Source: Eledone cirrhosa (lineage: Eukaryota). Taken from it: a DNA stretch of 64,000 nt. A model generated the notes under the pieces. It did no database searches. It saw nothing but the letters and a program-made list of their open reading frames with translations, and was not told the origin of the DNA. Each line of letters begins with the position of its first letter. Positions within the stretch are counted from its first letter, which is position 1. The stretch covers positions 288,052,001 to 288,116,000 of the forward strand of contig OZ024742.1 of assembly GCA_964016885.1 (NCBI GenBank), in the 5' to 3' direction. The translations under genes were made by a program, and so were the position numbers. Below are positions 42,471 through 55,100 of the stretch, piece by piece.

Positions 42471-42580
42471 CCCGGACTCGAGTTTCTGCTGCACTAATGC
42501 AGCAGTAAGGTGCACTGCACCATCTGTCTGCATATATTATGCAACAATGCACAATCGGCTTATGCGGCTTCATCAGCGGG
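42471..42580 (-). ncRNA. Hammerhead ribozyme motif with long stem II insert and GUC cleavage triplet
   Basis: Minus strand reads cccg-CTGATGA-agccgca...tgcagca-GAAA-ctcgag-TC-cggg; stem I cccg/cggg; palindromic stem III ctcgag. Confidence 0.72.
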
Positions 42581-43321
42581 TATCGCCTAATCAATAACCA
42601 ATCGATTGACAGAATCCAAACACCGGCCCATGCCGGTCATGAATGTTTGTGACAACCGACACGGTAAAGAGATTAGCATCTGGCAACCGATAGGACTCTA
42701 TCTCTCAACCAGCCACTGATTTACAAATTTTACGTGGGGACGGGAAGCTAAAAAGAATCAATCTTTTAGTTCCTGTCAGAAGCTCTCAGCCAACGTGTCT
42801 CACACACAAATTATCAAGGGGTAAAAAGATGGCTATTAGAAATAGCAGTTCACATTGATATAAAATAGAATGGTTGCATTCAGTTCATGTCTCCAAGCCC
42901 CATGGCTAGAGGAAAGCGATGGTAACAATGGTAATGTCAAGTACCTTTAACGGACTTTAAATGCGATCATCCATTATATAACAATATAGTAGCGAGCTAA
43001 AATGTGTCAGCCACATGCGTAGATAACCAGTCTAATTCACAACTTAAAAGAGTGAGACAAAATTATATATATGTTGTAATGACACTGGTGCGAAGCTGTA
43101 TCAGCCACTGCCTTACCCTTGTACAACATCGGTGTCATAGAATGGTGTAACTGGCATGCATGGGCAATTACTGGTCTTCCATAAAACATCTTGCCTGGGT
43201 TTTGAGAGGTACTTTTCAAGTACAAACCCATGGACAATCATAACTGAAGGGGGGGCCTATTTTTTTTTATATATCTCTCTCAGTAATTCTATAGTCTTTT
43301 GTAGCAATGTTTCAGTATTGT

Positions 43322-44198
43322 TTAACCTATTAATTACCATATTTCTAATGAAAGGCACTGTCTATGATTTTCAAATAATTTTGAAAATAAACAGGAATTT
43401 GGAGGGATTTAATAATATAACTAGCTTTCTCATTATTAAGCTGGTGTTTGGAAAATAACTTGACAAAGGTTCTTACATGCAATTGTGATAGCTTTTTAGA
43501 TAAATATAAACACTTTAAAACAAACAACGTTCTATCATAGAAATTGAAGCAGATTCAGGTGCTTTGGTATCAAAAGGATTAATATTTTAACCATTTTAGT
43601 ATTCACCTGCCTGAGACCACCTTTTGTTCTGTCATAAAATTGACTAGTAAATTTGTTTAGTTAGTAATAGTTCATCTCTTTTGATACCATATTTTTAATG
43701 AAAGACATTGTTTATGATTTTCAAATCAATTTGAAAATAATCCAGAATATAACTAAATTTCTCATTATTGAGCTAGTGTTTGAAATATAACTACGGTTCT
43801 TAAGAGGAATCTGAGGTGGTGTGTAGGAGAGAAGATTGCATTGGTATGGACATGTGATGTGCATGGACAATGATCAAAGGGTGAAGAAGTACCAGGAAAT
43901 GTCAGTGGAAAGAAGCTGCACTAGAGGTAGACCAAGAAAGACTTGGGCAAAGGTTGTGAGAGTTAACCTCAAATCACTGAGACTCACTGAGGAGATGACA
44001 AAGCATCACGACGAGTGGAGAGATGCCAGACTGAGGACATGTACAACCCATGCAAGCGTGGAAAAACGAACGTAAAAATGATGATGATGTTCTTACATAA
44101 AGTTATGATGGAAAGCTTTTAGATAAATATAAATGTTTTAAAATAGTTTTGTATTGTAGGGCTAAGGATGACTTCAGGTGGTTTGGGAAAAGGGTTAA
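43322..44198. mobile_element. Two adjacent TTAA-bounded MITE-like repeats (piggyBac-like)
   Basis: ttaacc...aaaggattaa (43322-43582) and ttaacc...aaagggttaa (43587-44198) share internal sequence; a fragment recurs at ~54400-54530. Confidence 0.5.
43803..44088 (+). mobile_element. 5'-truncated RTE insertion with 7-bp TSD
   Basis: HWYGHVMCM...RGRPRKTW; (GAT)n tail; GTTCTTA on both sides (43796-43802, 44089-44095); splits a MITE-like repeat. Confidence 0.75.
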
Positions 44199-45333
44199 TG
44201 ACCAATGACTATTCATCTGCATGTTAATTAGTTTTTCCCACATATAATAAAAAAAAAAACACAAGATCAAGGCAAGGAAATTATGTTTCTATTGCTGACA
44301 GTATATGTTGGTTACCAAAGTAGCACTGATTTTATTGACAGGTGTCAGAATTTGAACATAATGCGAAGCGCCAGAACAGATAATATTTAACTCTTTAACA
44401 ATTGCACTAATTCATCATCCCTGGTCAGTTACTTTATCTATTGATCTTGAAAGGGTGAAAGGCTAAGTTGATAGAGGAATTTCAACTCAGTGTAAAAGAC
44501 CAGAATGAATACGAAAGTATTTTATCTGCAGCTTTAATGACTCTGGCAATTTACCACAACATATAACAAGCAACAAAAGACTAAAATGCTTTTGACCTTG
44601 AGGATAGGGGGTAGAATTTTATTACTCCTAACAGTGATTCTACGATGGCAAACCTAGGAGGTTTCACACTTGAAGCTATAGATCTTCTCAACCCCTTCCT
44701 GTTTAATTTAGTTCTCCAAGCCATAACAGAGATGTTAAAGACAACCAGTTAAAGTCAGTTGTCAACCAGTTATAACAACCAAATCCAAATCTCCTGTACC
44801 AGAAGAAAACAAATCTGTCCAACTTACTAATAACTTGCAAAGTTCAAGCTATACATCATCTGAGACTATCTACTTAACAAGAAACTACATAGTCAGATAC
44901 AAACATGATTAATACTGGTCAAAAAATAATCACTAACTATTCTTTATAGTTTCATTATATTTATTTCATTTGTTAAAGAGCTGCAGTAAAGGTTCCAAAG
45001 CTGGAAGAATGGTGTAGAGTAAGAAGATATAAATGTCAACCTTACAAAGATCAAAGTACAAGTTAGTAACAGAAGACAAAATCCCAGTTCTATGTGGTAA
45101 GTGGTTTCCATGGTTGAAACAGACCAAGGTAGAAGTAGTGAGATCTGTTTTGAGAATGGTGAACCTTACAGACAATGATACAGGGTGAAGAAGAATGGTA
45201 ATACACAGTAGCATAAGCCTATGTCAGCATGGAAAAACAGATATAATTTATTACATATAGGTTTTCATTATCATTGACATTAGTCACCAGTTGTTTCACA
45301 TCAAAATATTACCAGTTCACATTGAATTTTAAC

Positions 45334-46131
45334 TTAATAACCATTATACATTATCATTTCATGTTGTTTAACTTTCATCAGTGTGGTGTGGTTCTCTTGT
45401 GTGTGGATTCGTTTGTGGGAAGATAAATACCGATTCTGAGAAAATGTTTTACCACAGAAATCACAATGATATGGTTTATCAATTGTGTGAGTATGTTTGT
45501 GGCTTGATAAATTATGACTATGTGAGAATTTTTTACCACAGATATCACATTGGTGTGGTTTTTCTCCTGTGTGGATATATTTGTGGGCAGACAAGCTACA
45601 ATTTTGGGAAAATGATTTACCACAGATACCACAGTGATATGGTTTCTCTCCTGTGTGGATACGTATGTGGGAAGACAAATTACCACTTAGAGAAAAAGCT
45701 TTACCACAGATATCACAGTGATATGGTTGCTCTCCTGTGTGTATATATTTGTGTGAAGATAAATTACTATTTTGAGAGAATGATTTACCACAGATGTCAC
45801 AGTAGAATTTTTTCTGTCCTGCGTGAATATGTTTGTGAGAAGTTAAATAACCACTTACAGAGAATGTTTTACCACATACATCACAGTGATATGGTTTCTC
45901 TCCTGTGTGAATAAGCTTGTGTTGGCATAAAGAAGTGTTTGTATTGAATCTTTTACTACAAACTTCACACTTGTACAGCTTGGAGTCTGAGTGAAGTACT
46001 TTATGTTGAATTAAATTCTTTCTTGTTGAAAATAACTTCTTATAAATATTACAAGAGTGTGGTTTCTCTTCGCTGTTTTCCTGTGTGTCAGTAGATGAAT
46101 CAATATATTCAGGCTGTATTTTCTCATCCAT
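45334..46131 (-). CDS. C2H2 zinc-finger protein, subfamily B, 7 intact fingers plus 1 degenerate (ZNF-5)
   Basis: 265-aa ORF starting MDEKIQPEY; first finger CNIY lacks the second Cys. Confidence 0.85.
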   Translation of the reverse strand: MDEKIQPEYIDSSTDTQENSEEKPHSCNIYKKLFSTRKNLIQHKVLHSDSKLYKCEVCSKRFNTNTSLCQHKLIHTGEKPYHCDVCGKTFSVSGYLTSHKHIHAGQKKFYCDICGKSFSQNSNLSSHKYIHTGEQPYHCDICGKAFSLSGNLSSHIRIHTGEKPYHCGICGKSFSQNCSLSAHKYIHTGEKPHQCDICGKKFSHSHNLSSHKHTHTIDKPYHCDFCGKTFSQNRYLSSHKRIHTQENHTTLMKVKQHEMIMYNGY

Positions 46132-48679
46132 AACTTTCTCTTTTAATCTATATATATGATGGTCTTTGTTAAAGTTTGAAGATGTCTTGTTAAGACAGAA
46201 CTTGTAATGGATTTCTTAGGACAGACTGTTGTAATTAATAACCAGCAACTAAAAGATCATTAAACTAGCTCCAATTAACAAGACATCTCCATATACAGAA
46301 GTTTTTATATACAAGACAGTTAAAACATCATGATAAATAATCCCAGTTTAATCTAAATCTCTAAGTTTATACATTTGTAATCAATAAAGGTAATGTTGTA
46401 AATAATCTCAATTCCAAGGAAATATTTCACATCCACTCAACCAGAGTTGTAGAAACAGGCTGACATCAGCTTCATGAAGTTGTTTTTAGTCTTCAAATGT
46501 TGATAAATATGTTGATAATCTTCAGTGAAATATTTATCATCTCAATGTCATCAGATAACCTGAAATATAAAGACAATATAAGATATAAGGGATAATGAAG
46601 TGTTTTGAGAATAAAATAAGAGACTACTTTGTAGCATCTTAACTATTGGCCATCAGAAGTGCATACTGTATGAAGCTGTAACCGTGAGTGGTACTAAAAT
46701 ATTTGCTGAAATTTCTTTCTTCTTATGTGCCAGGACTCCACTGGATAACAATAACTAAATGAAACTCAACAGTCATTTAATAAAATGTATTTCTCATAAC
46801 GATATTTGCAGTGCCTGAAAAAACTCCATTGAAATGAACTTTCACTTTGAATTCCTTCAATGGAACTGGCTCAACCCACCCAGGGTGAACGCCGCCACAA
46901 ATGCAAGTAAGCAATATATTTGCAGCCAATTGGTTCATTCTAGAATTAGGTAGCAAAGAGTCATTAGAGCATTGTATTAAATGCTCCTGTGCTTGTTCTT
47001 GATTTCTGCTCTGTGTTTAAATCCCACTAAATTCAACTTTGTTTTTCATCCTTGCTGGGTCAATAAATAAAGTACCAGCCAAGCAGTGTAAATTGGCGGA
47101 AATGTCAAAAAGTTGCATAGGATGCTCATTTGGCTTTGTGTGTTCTGTGTTCAAATCCAGTCTCTTTCTGCAAGGAGTTGTGACCAGCAGATAGTATCAA
47201 CTATGAAAAGACAAATAGAAACATAGTTTCCTTGGTCGAATCTGATGATCAGCTCCTCTTTTAGCAATACCCAACACAGCATATCCAGCTATAAAACTGA
47301 CTTATTTTAATTCTGGTTTGTGTTTCTTATTTGGTGACAACAGCACACCCACACGCTCAAACAAAGGGAGGGGGCTTGAATGTTTTGTGTTAGGTGTCTA
47401 AAATGTCAAACAAGAAACTGAAAGTGAATTAAAATGAAAGATACTTGCTTTTTCTGTTGTAAATCTTCACCTTTTGAATTTTATTATAAAATCTATAACT
47501 GGAAGATTTATTGGTGAAAAGTTTTAGAATGATTTATTTATGAATTTTTGTTTTAAAACCGACCTACTCCCTCACAACTGAGTGTTGGCAGTCACTGCCA
47601 CCCACCAATAAATTAGCTCAACGGTAAGAGTCAGGCACGAGTCCCGGAAAAGAAAGAATCTTCCCTAAGGCAATTATAACATTTGCACATTTCATTTTAT
47701 TATTTGATTATAATTTTTCATTTTAATTCACATTCAATTAATATCATTTTATATACCTAAAGCAAAACATCAATACAAAAATGATTCTATCGTAGCCATC
47801 ATACAAACTAAAACACAATAATAACTAATAATAATAATGATTTCTTTTATTTGCCACAAAGGCACCAAATGAAAAGATATTACAAAGATAAGTTACATAA
47901 AGTGTGGGAGTTTACATAGAAATTGGATGAGGAATAAAAAGAATTTCATATATATACATATACATATATGTTTAAACACATGCACATATATACAAATAAG
48001 CAAATAGGACCACCAAATACATAAACCTGAATGCAGATATACCTAGAACAAACGCAAAGTAATTATAGAATGCCCTATATTTAAATAATACACTCAGAAA
48101 ACAAAGCCAACAATAAACAAGACATCTTGTGGACAAGACCATCAGATTCCAAACTCATAAAAACAAAGCCAATCATGAACTAAATGTCTATATTAAAACT
48201 AAGACATCCTCCATATTCCTAACACAATAACATTATACATATTGGTCACCAATATACATAATATCTCAATGGAAAGATGTTCTCTCTCTCCCTCTTATCA
48301 TCATCATCATCGTTTAACGTCAATCTTCCACGCTAGCATGGGTCTGGACGGGAATTGTCCCACTTGAAGCAAGATTGGTTGTCTTGCTCGGGACTGTCTG
48401 GCGGGTTTTCTATGGCTGGATGCCCTTCCTAACACCAACCACGTTTACAGTGTGGACTGGGAGGTTTTTACCGTGTTACCTACACGGCCACATTACAGCG
48501 TGGACTGTGTGTTTTTTTGTCGTGACACCTACACGACCTCATTTATTTAGGACTGGATGTTGTGGTACCAACATAGCTTTACATTATAATCATTATATAT
48601 ATATATATATGATGATGATGATACATCCTACTCATACAGAACCTCCAAATAAGGACAATTGGGGAACCACACAAGTCTA

Positions 48680-49450
48680 CATTCTTCCTGTTTACCACAG
48701 GTAGGTGCCCTCTTCCAATTTTCTTTCTTTGATCTACAGGCTCATGCCTGTAGATCAAATAATGTAGAACCATTCACTCATGTCCTTTTTGCTCCAGTCA
48801 CCCATCTTTTATAATTTCACTGGAGGAGAGAACCTCCACTTTTACCTTTCTTTTCAAATAGAATTTGGAAAATAAATCGATGTGAGCTTGACCAAAAAGA
48901 GGAGTGTATACATCCTCATTTCTCTCAATCTCACCCTTTTGTTATTGCTATCAGGCAAAAAAAAATTTTCCATCCTTCCTGTGACATAACCCCACAAGTC
49001 AGTGATGCCCAGACACTTAACAAGTGCATGCAAAATGGTTTAATTGTCCTGCACACATCTCTGACAGACCCGTCTCACGGCACCACCATGCCTGTAGTTT
49101 ATCTCGAACTGATAGTGCTTCTCGGTAGCCCAGCCAGTTCAGAGACTTCTGGAAGTTGTCCATGGAAGTCTCTGGTCTGAAAGTCCTCTGTAATGGACCA
49201 GCCAGTCCACTTCTGTCAAAGCCCAGAGCTTTCCCAAGATATCATTATTCTTCCCCACCACGAGTAGTCTATAGGCTGCTGGTGTGAAACTTCCACCGAT
49301 TGAATTACCAGACTGGTAGATGATGATGAGCACCTTATGACATTCCAGATGCCAATCGCGGTCTTCATTTGACCATATACGTCCGCCGTCAAGGAATATT
49401 TGCAGGTGCTGCAACCTCAGTGCATGCCTGCACATTAATAGTCATGGCAT
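48680..49450 (-). mobile_element. Probable L1/Tx1-like LINE ORF2 C-terminal fragment
   Basis: Decayed peptides RHALRLQHL and YREALSVRDKL followed by Cys/His remnants; read by eye across frameshifts. Confidence 0.5.
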
Positions 49451-49919
49451 GCCTAGTCATTCACGCACAAAAATTAGTACAAACAAAATAAAATATATTT
49501 TCTGAAAACGACAGATTTTGATGAAGAGAGAAATTAGAGACAATGAAGAAATATTTAAAAAATGAAGACAGGATCTTACAGGGAGCATTAATGGTGTAGA
49601 TAACTTAGAAATATAAATATAAAAGATAAGAATTTTCTATAAGCGTGTCAAATACATGAATGATACTTACATAATAATGTAGTTATAAGATGAAATTATG
49701 GTTTCTGATTTAGGCACAAGGCCAACAATTCCGGGGAAAGAGGAAGTCTATTAAATCTACCTCAGTGTGCTACTGGTACTTTATTTTATCAACTCAATAA
49801 GGATGAAAAGTAAAGCTAACCTCGGCGGGATTTGAACACGGGGCGTAAAGGGACAAGACTCTATCCCGCAAAGCATGATGTCCGACGCTCTATCAATTCT
49901 ACTGCCAATCCAAATGAGA

Positions 49920-50190
49920 GATATACTAAAGTAATGTCACTTAAAATTGATGAAGATATTAATAGATTCAGCAGAACTTTCAACTACTTCTTTTATCTCT
50001 ATTTTCTTCTGGTTAATGAACAATCTCTTAAGTTAATTATTACAGTTAATTATTACTATCACAGTGGAAATAAATGTAAAATAATATATCTACAATGTTT
50101 ATAGATTTCGTGAGGAGTGTGGAGGTCATACCGGAAGTATCGTAAATGGTATGGAAAGAATGTACCTCTAATCACTAGAGTGTGCAAAGC
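49920..50190 (-). promoter_or_regulatory. Putative promoter/first exon of ZNF-5
   Basis: CCGGAAGT Ets-type motif at 50131-50138; block homologous to 54850-55100; candidate donor at|GTAAGT at 49665-49670 beyond a SINE insertion. Confidence 0.45.
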
Positions 50191-51852
50191 AGTTCTCAAA
50201 ATGGTTTATTTTTGTAATTTTTTTACCCCTTTTACTAACGATAAATTCATCCAAATAGTAAGACATCAGCTATAACTTCTTCATTTCTCTAAAATATATT
50301 TTTACTGAACCCTACGTTCTTACATTTGTATCATATAGGAAATCTCGTCCTACCGGTGAACGAAAATAAAGTCCTTGATAAAAAGTCACTTCGATATCAA
50401 AAACAAAAATCTTTAATTAATTGCAGTATTTATAGTTATCTCCCTTGTTTTTTTTTAATTCTATACATCACCAAAGATAGCATAGCCCAATGTGTTCATT
50501 TCTAAGAGGTGTGCTATGATTTGAAGGAGAATGGCTGCTGTTTCTAGCAAGCAAGTTAAGATAACTTCCAGTATTTGCTACAAGACCTTTTTGCATTCTG
50601 AGTTCAAATCCCTGTCACCTGCCTGATAGATGTAGACTACCATATAGTCCTTTAGTGGAGTCAACTCAGTAGCAAATATTCAGACCAGGTCTATGGTTTC
50701 AGAATAACTTTTCCCCTCATTGCAGCTCTTTAACCAATGAAATTAATTTATTGAAACGATAAAGAATAGTTAGCGATTGTATTGTTTTAGTCAACAATTA
50801 GGCTTTATATATTAATGATTATATATAGAACATCTAAATTGTTTATATTTTCTCTAAAATGGTTATAAAAAGTTCCTAAAACGGACTGAACATAATAGAA
50901 TCAAATTCCCAATGTCACTGCCTCTGTCTTTCTCGCTCTTCTCATCTCTCACTATTATAAGCAAATAGGGGCCCACGCACTGGCAGACAGAATAGAGAAG
51001 GTGTTTCCCTGGAGGAAGATGAGGCAGATGCATTGGAAGAGCTATTCCAGCTTGCAAGGCTCGCACCTGCAGGTAGCCAACTTTGTGCCAATGGTGGTGA
51101 GTAGAGAGGTGGTCCTAGGGCCAAGGGCACCAGAAGTCTGCACTGTTAGTGATTATTCTTTGAGTAAACTGTTTGTTCCCCCCCCCCCCTTTTTTTTTTC
51201 TTTCTCTCACTTTGATCATATATTTTGGTGTTATATTTGTGAGGTTCCTAGCAATAGTTAATTGTATTTATTATATTTATATGCATTTATATTTTCATTC
51301 TGAAAGAATTGTTGAACAATTTGTAATGTAATTTATACAACTGTGAATAAAAATGATGTAAATATAAATGTTGATCAACAAGATATAAACACCCTCGTTG
51401 GTGTATCAACAGGTCAGTTAAAGCCAGCTGTCAATTGGTTTTAACCAACTGAATTCAACACTTTTGTGCCATAAATATACAAGTTGCCCAAATATCTAGC
51501 AACTCTACAAATACTCTCTAACTACATAATCACATTTAGACTTTACAGATACAAACATGGTTAAGCCAGAGCTAAGTGGGAAGTGGTATCCATGGTGAAA
51601 ACAGACCAAGGTAGACATAGTGAGATCTGATTTGAGAATAATGGACCTTACAGACAATATGATACAGGGTGAAGAAGAATGGTAATACACTGTAGCATAA
51701 GCCTATGTCAGCATGGAAAAACAGATATATTTTATTAGATATAGGTTTTCTTTATCATTGACTTTAGTCACCAGTTGTTACACATCAAAATATCACCAAT
51801 TCACATTGAATTTTAACTTTACTTTGTAACCATCATACATTATCATTTCATG

Positions 51853-52854
51853 TTAACTCCCATTCTCTCCAACATGAATCCGTTTGTGTGTATATAAACA
51901 ACTATTGCGAATAAATGTTTCACCACAGATGTCACAGTGATATGGTTTCTCTCCTGTGTGGATACGTATATGGGTTGATAAGCTGCCACTTACAGAGAAT
52001 GATTTACCACAGATATCACAATTGTAGGGTTTCTCTCCTGTGTGAGTATGTTTGTGTGCAGATAAATTGGAATTTTGAGAGAATGTTTTACCACAAATAT
52101 CACATTGGTATGGTTTTTCTCCTGAGTGGGTAAGTTTATGGGAAGCCAAACTACTACTGTAAGAGTAAGTTTTACCACAGATATCACAGCAGTGTAGTTT
52201 CTTTCCAGTATGAACAAGTTTATGAGTATACAAATTACTACTTTGAGAAAATGTTCTACCACAGATATCACAGTGGTATGATTTCTCCCCTGTGTGGATA
52301 TATTTGTGGGTAGACAAATTACGTTTGTCAGAAAATGCTTTACTACAGATATCACACTGGTATGGTTTCTCTCCTGTGTGGATACGTTTGTGAGTAATAA
52401 AACTAGAACTATATGAAAATGTTTTATTGCAGATATCACAGTGATATGGTTTGTCTTCTGTGTGAATACGTTTGTGGGAAGTTAAATTAGAAATATGCGG
52501 AAATGTTTTACAACAGACATCACAGGAGTATGGCTTCTCTCCTGTATGGATAGTTTTGTGGTAAGATAAACCACTATTATGAGAAAATGTTTTATCACAG
52601 ATACCACAATGGTATGGTTTCTCTCCTGTATGAGTGCGCTTATGAATAGATAAGGAACTGCTTTTAATAAAACCTTTACCACAAACTTCACAGTGGTGTA
52701 GTTTAGTGCCTGAGTGAATAAATTTATGTTGAACTAAATTCTTTCTTGTTGTGAAAAACTTCCCACAGATATCACAAGAGTGTGGTTTCTTTTCTCTGTT
52801 TTCCTGTGTGTCAATAGATGAATCAATATGTTCAGGCTGTATTTTCTCATCCAT
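51853..52854 (-). CDS. C2H2 zinc-finger protein, subfamily B, 11 fingers (ZNF-6)
   Basis: 333-aa ORF starting MDEKIQPEH; 11 C2H2 units. Confidence 0.9.
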   Translation of the reverse strand: MDEKIQPEHIDSSIDTQENREKKPHSCDICGKFFTTRKNLVQHKFIHSGTKLHHCEVCGKGFIKSSSLSIHKRTHTGEKPYHCGICDKTFSHNSGLSYHKTIHTGEKPYSCDVCCKTFPHISNLTSHKRIHTEDKPYHCDICNKTFSYSSSFITHKRIHTGEKPYQCDICSKAFSDKRNLSTHKYIHTGEKSYHCDICGRTFSQSSNLYTHKLVHTGKKLHCCDICGKTYSYSSSLASHKLTHSGEKPYQCDICGKTFSQNSNLSAHKHTHTGEKPYNCDICGKSFSVSGSLSTHIRIHTGEKPYHCDICGETFIRNSCLYTHKRIHVGENGS

Positions 52855-54835
52855 AACTTTCTCTTTTAATCTCTATATATGATGATCTCTGTTAAAGTTT
52901 GAAGATATCTTGTTAAGACAGAACTTGTAATGGATTTCTTAGGACAGACTGTTGTAATTAATAACCAGCAACTAAAAGATCATTAAACTAGCTCCAATTA
53001 ACAAGACATCTCCATATATGGAAGTTTTTATATATAAGACAGTTAAAACATCATGATAAATAATCCCAGTTTAATCTAAATCTCTAAGTTATACATTTGT
53101 AATCAATAAAGGTATTGTTGTAAATAATCTCAATTCCAAGGAAATATCTTACATCCATTCAACCAAGAGTTGTAGAAACAGGCTGACATCAGCTTCATGA
53201 AGTTGTTTTTAGTCTTCAAATGTTGATAAATATGTTGATAATCTTCAGTGAAATATTTATTATCTCAATGTCATCAGATAACCTGAAATATAAAGACAAC
53301 ATAAGACATAAGGGATAATGTAGTGTTAACATGAAGATTATTAGAGAGAAGATATTTGACCAGAAGTATTGAAAGCTAGAATAGCAAGAAACAATCAGAG
53401 AAAAGGCACCCTGGTGTAAATCATCATCATCATTATCGTTTAACGTCCATTTTCCACGCTAGCATGGGTATGTAATGTATATGTATGATGAGGACTCTGG
53501 ATCTGGATGGAGGAGTAAAGACATTCAGAGATGATCACTGGTCACTATATTTTAGTCTACACAATCTTTCACATGATTCCAGTAAACCAAAATACATATC
53601 TACACAGAGAGAACGTAGATTTACTTTACTTGGCCAAAATGTTGGTTATCTGCCTCTCCTCAGATATATCTCAATCAATTCTGAATAAAGCATCATTGTC
53701 TTTTATATTAGTTATTGTAGTTGTTTCTCAGATAAAATAGGACAAATTATTGAACATTTTTTTCCATTCAGAGGTAAAACAATAAAAATAATCTCAAGAA
53801 TGTTCATATTATCAAATAACATGGTACATTCTCTATTTTATACATGGTGTACATATAAACACAATTTGTATAATATATATATATATGATTTATAAAAGAA
53901 ACAAACCAATAGAAATTAATCAGAGAAGTCATTCTCATTCAATTACACACTATAACAGGAAATGGTGTTTCCCTCTAAAGACATTCGTGGCATAGTGAGG
54001 ATGGAATAGCAAACACCCTCACAGGTATCACCTGATATTTCAGCCAAGCATCCCCATCTGATACTTCAGTAAGATGAGCTGCTAACTACATACATTTGAG
54101 CTTTGTATATATAGTTTTACATTTGCTATATATATAAAACATGATTTGACTATGGGCCCTATTAAAACAAGCGAGAAACTTCCCGCGAGATACACCCTCG
54201 TAAGAGTTCAGTTAAAACTGTATAGGTGTGAGCTGTGTTTATTTCTTTCAAAGAGCATCCTTCAACTTTTGGTCATAAAGAGTTTTCATGTAGGATATCT
54301 TGTTTTGTCTATAATTACAAATGTTATAATTTAAAAAAAAAAACTTGATTAAATACAAATATTCGAAGTATTATTATGCGAGTTAAAAAAATATACTGCC
54401 TATGATTTTCAAAGAAAAAAATAAAAATTGAGTTAGTAATATAACTAACAGTGTCATAATTAAGTTGGTGTTTGGTACCGTGGACGGTTTTTACATAGAT
54501 ATAAACACTTTAAAACAAATAGATTTGTAAACAACTGTATATATAAACTATGGAAGGTCTGGGTAATGTGAACCCGATTTTTTAGGCTATTATTTATAGC
54601 AATCGATTGTCTTTCCGACGATTGGGATTCCTACATTTTTTACAAATAAATTTGTATCGTAGAACAAGGGGCGGTTTAAAGCTAATGTAAAAAGTATTGT
54701 CTCGTTAGTGTTTGTATTTTCACTTTCGCTTACGACCGTAATATCGACGAAGTAAAAATTATGTAGATGAAATGTAAATCTAAATATAAAATAGGTAAGT
54801 TTTCAATAAAAGAAATGTGTAAATCTACAATTGCT

Positions 54836-55100
54836 ACTTACATAAGATGACGTACTGAAGTAATGACACTTGAAATTGACGAGGCATTGCTAGATTGAGC
54901 AGAACTTTCAACTACTACTTCAGGTTAATAAACAATCTCTTAAGTTAATTAGTTATTATTAACACAGTGGAAATAAAAGTAAAGAAATACTAATATATCT
55001 ACAATGTTTATAGAGTTAGTGAGGAGTGTGGAGGACATATCGGAAGTGTGGTAAATGGTATGGCAAGAATGTACCTCTAATCACTAAAGAGTGTTATAGT
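54836..55100 (-). promoter_or_regulatory. Putative promoter/first exon of ZNF-6
   Basis: CGGAAGT at 55041-55047; homologous to 49920-50190; donor at|GTAAGT at 54836-54841. Confidence 0.45.
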
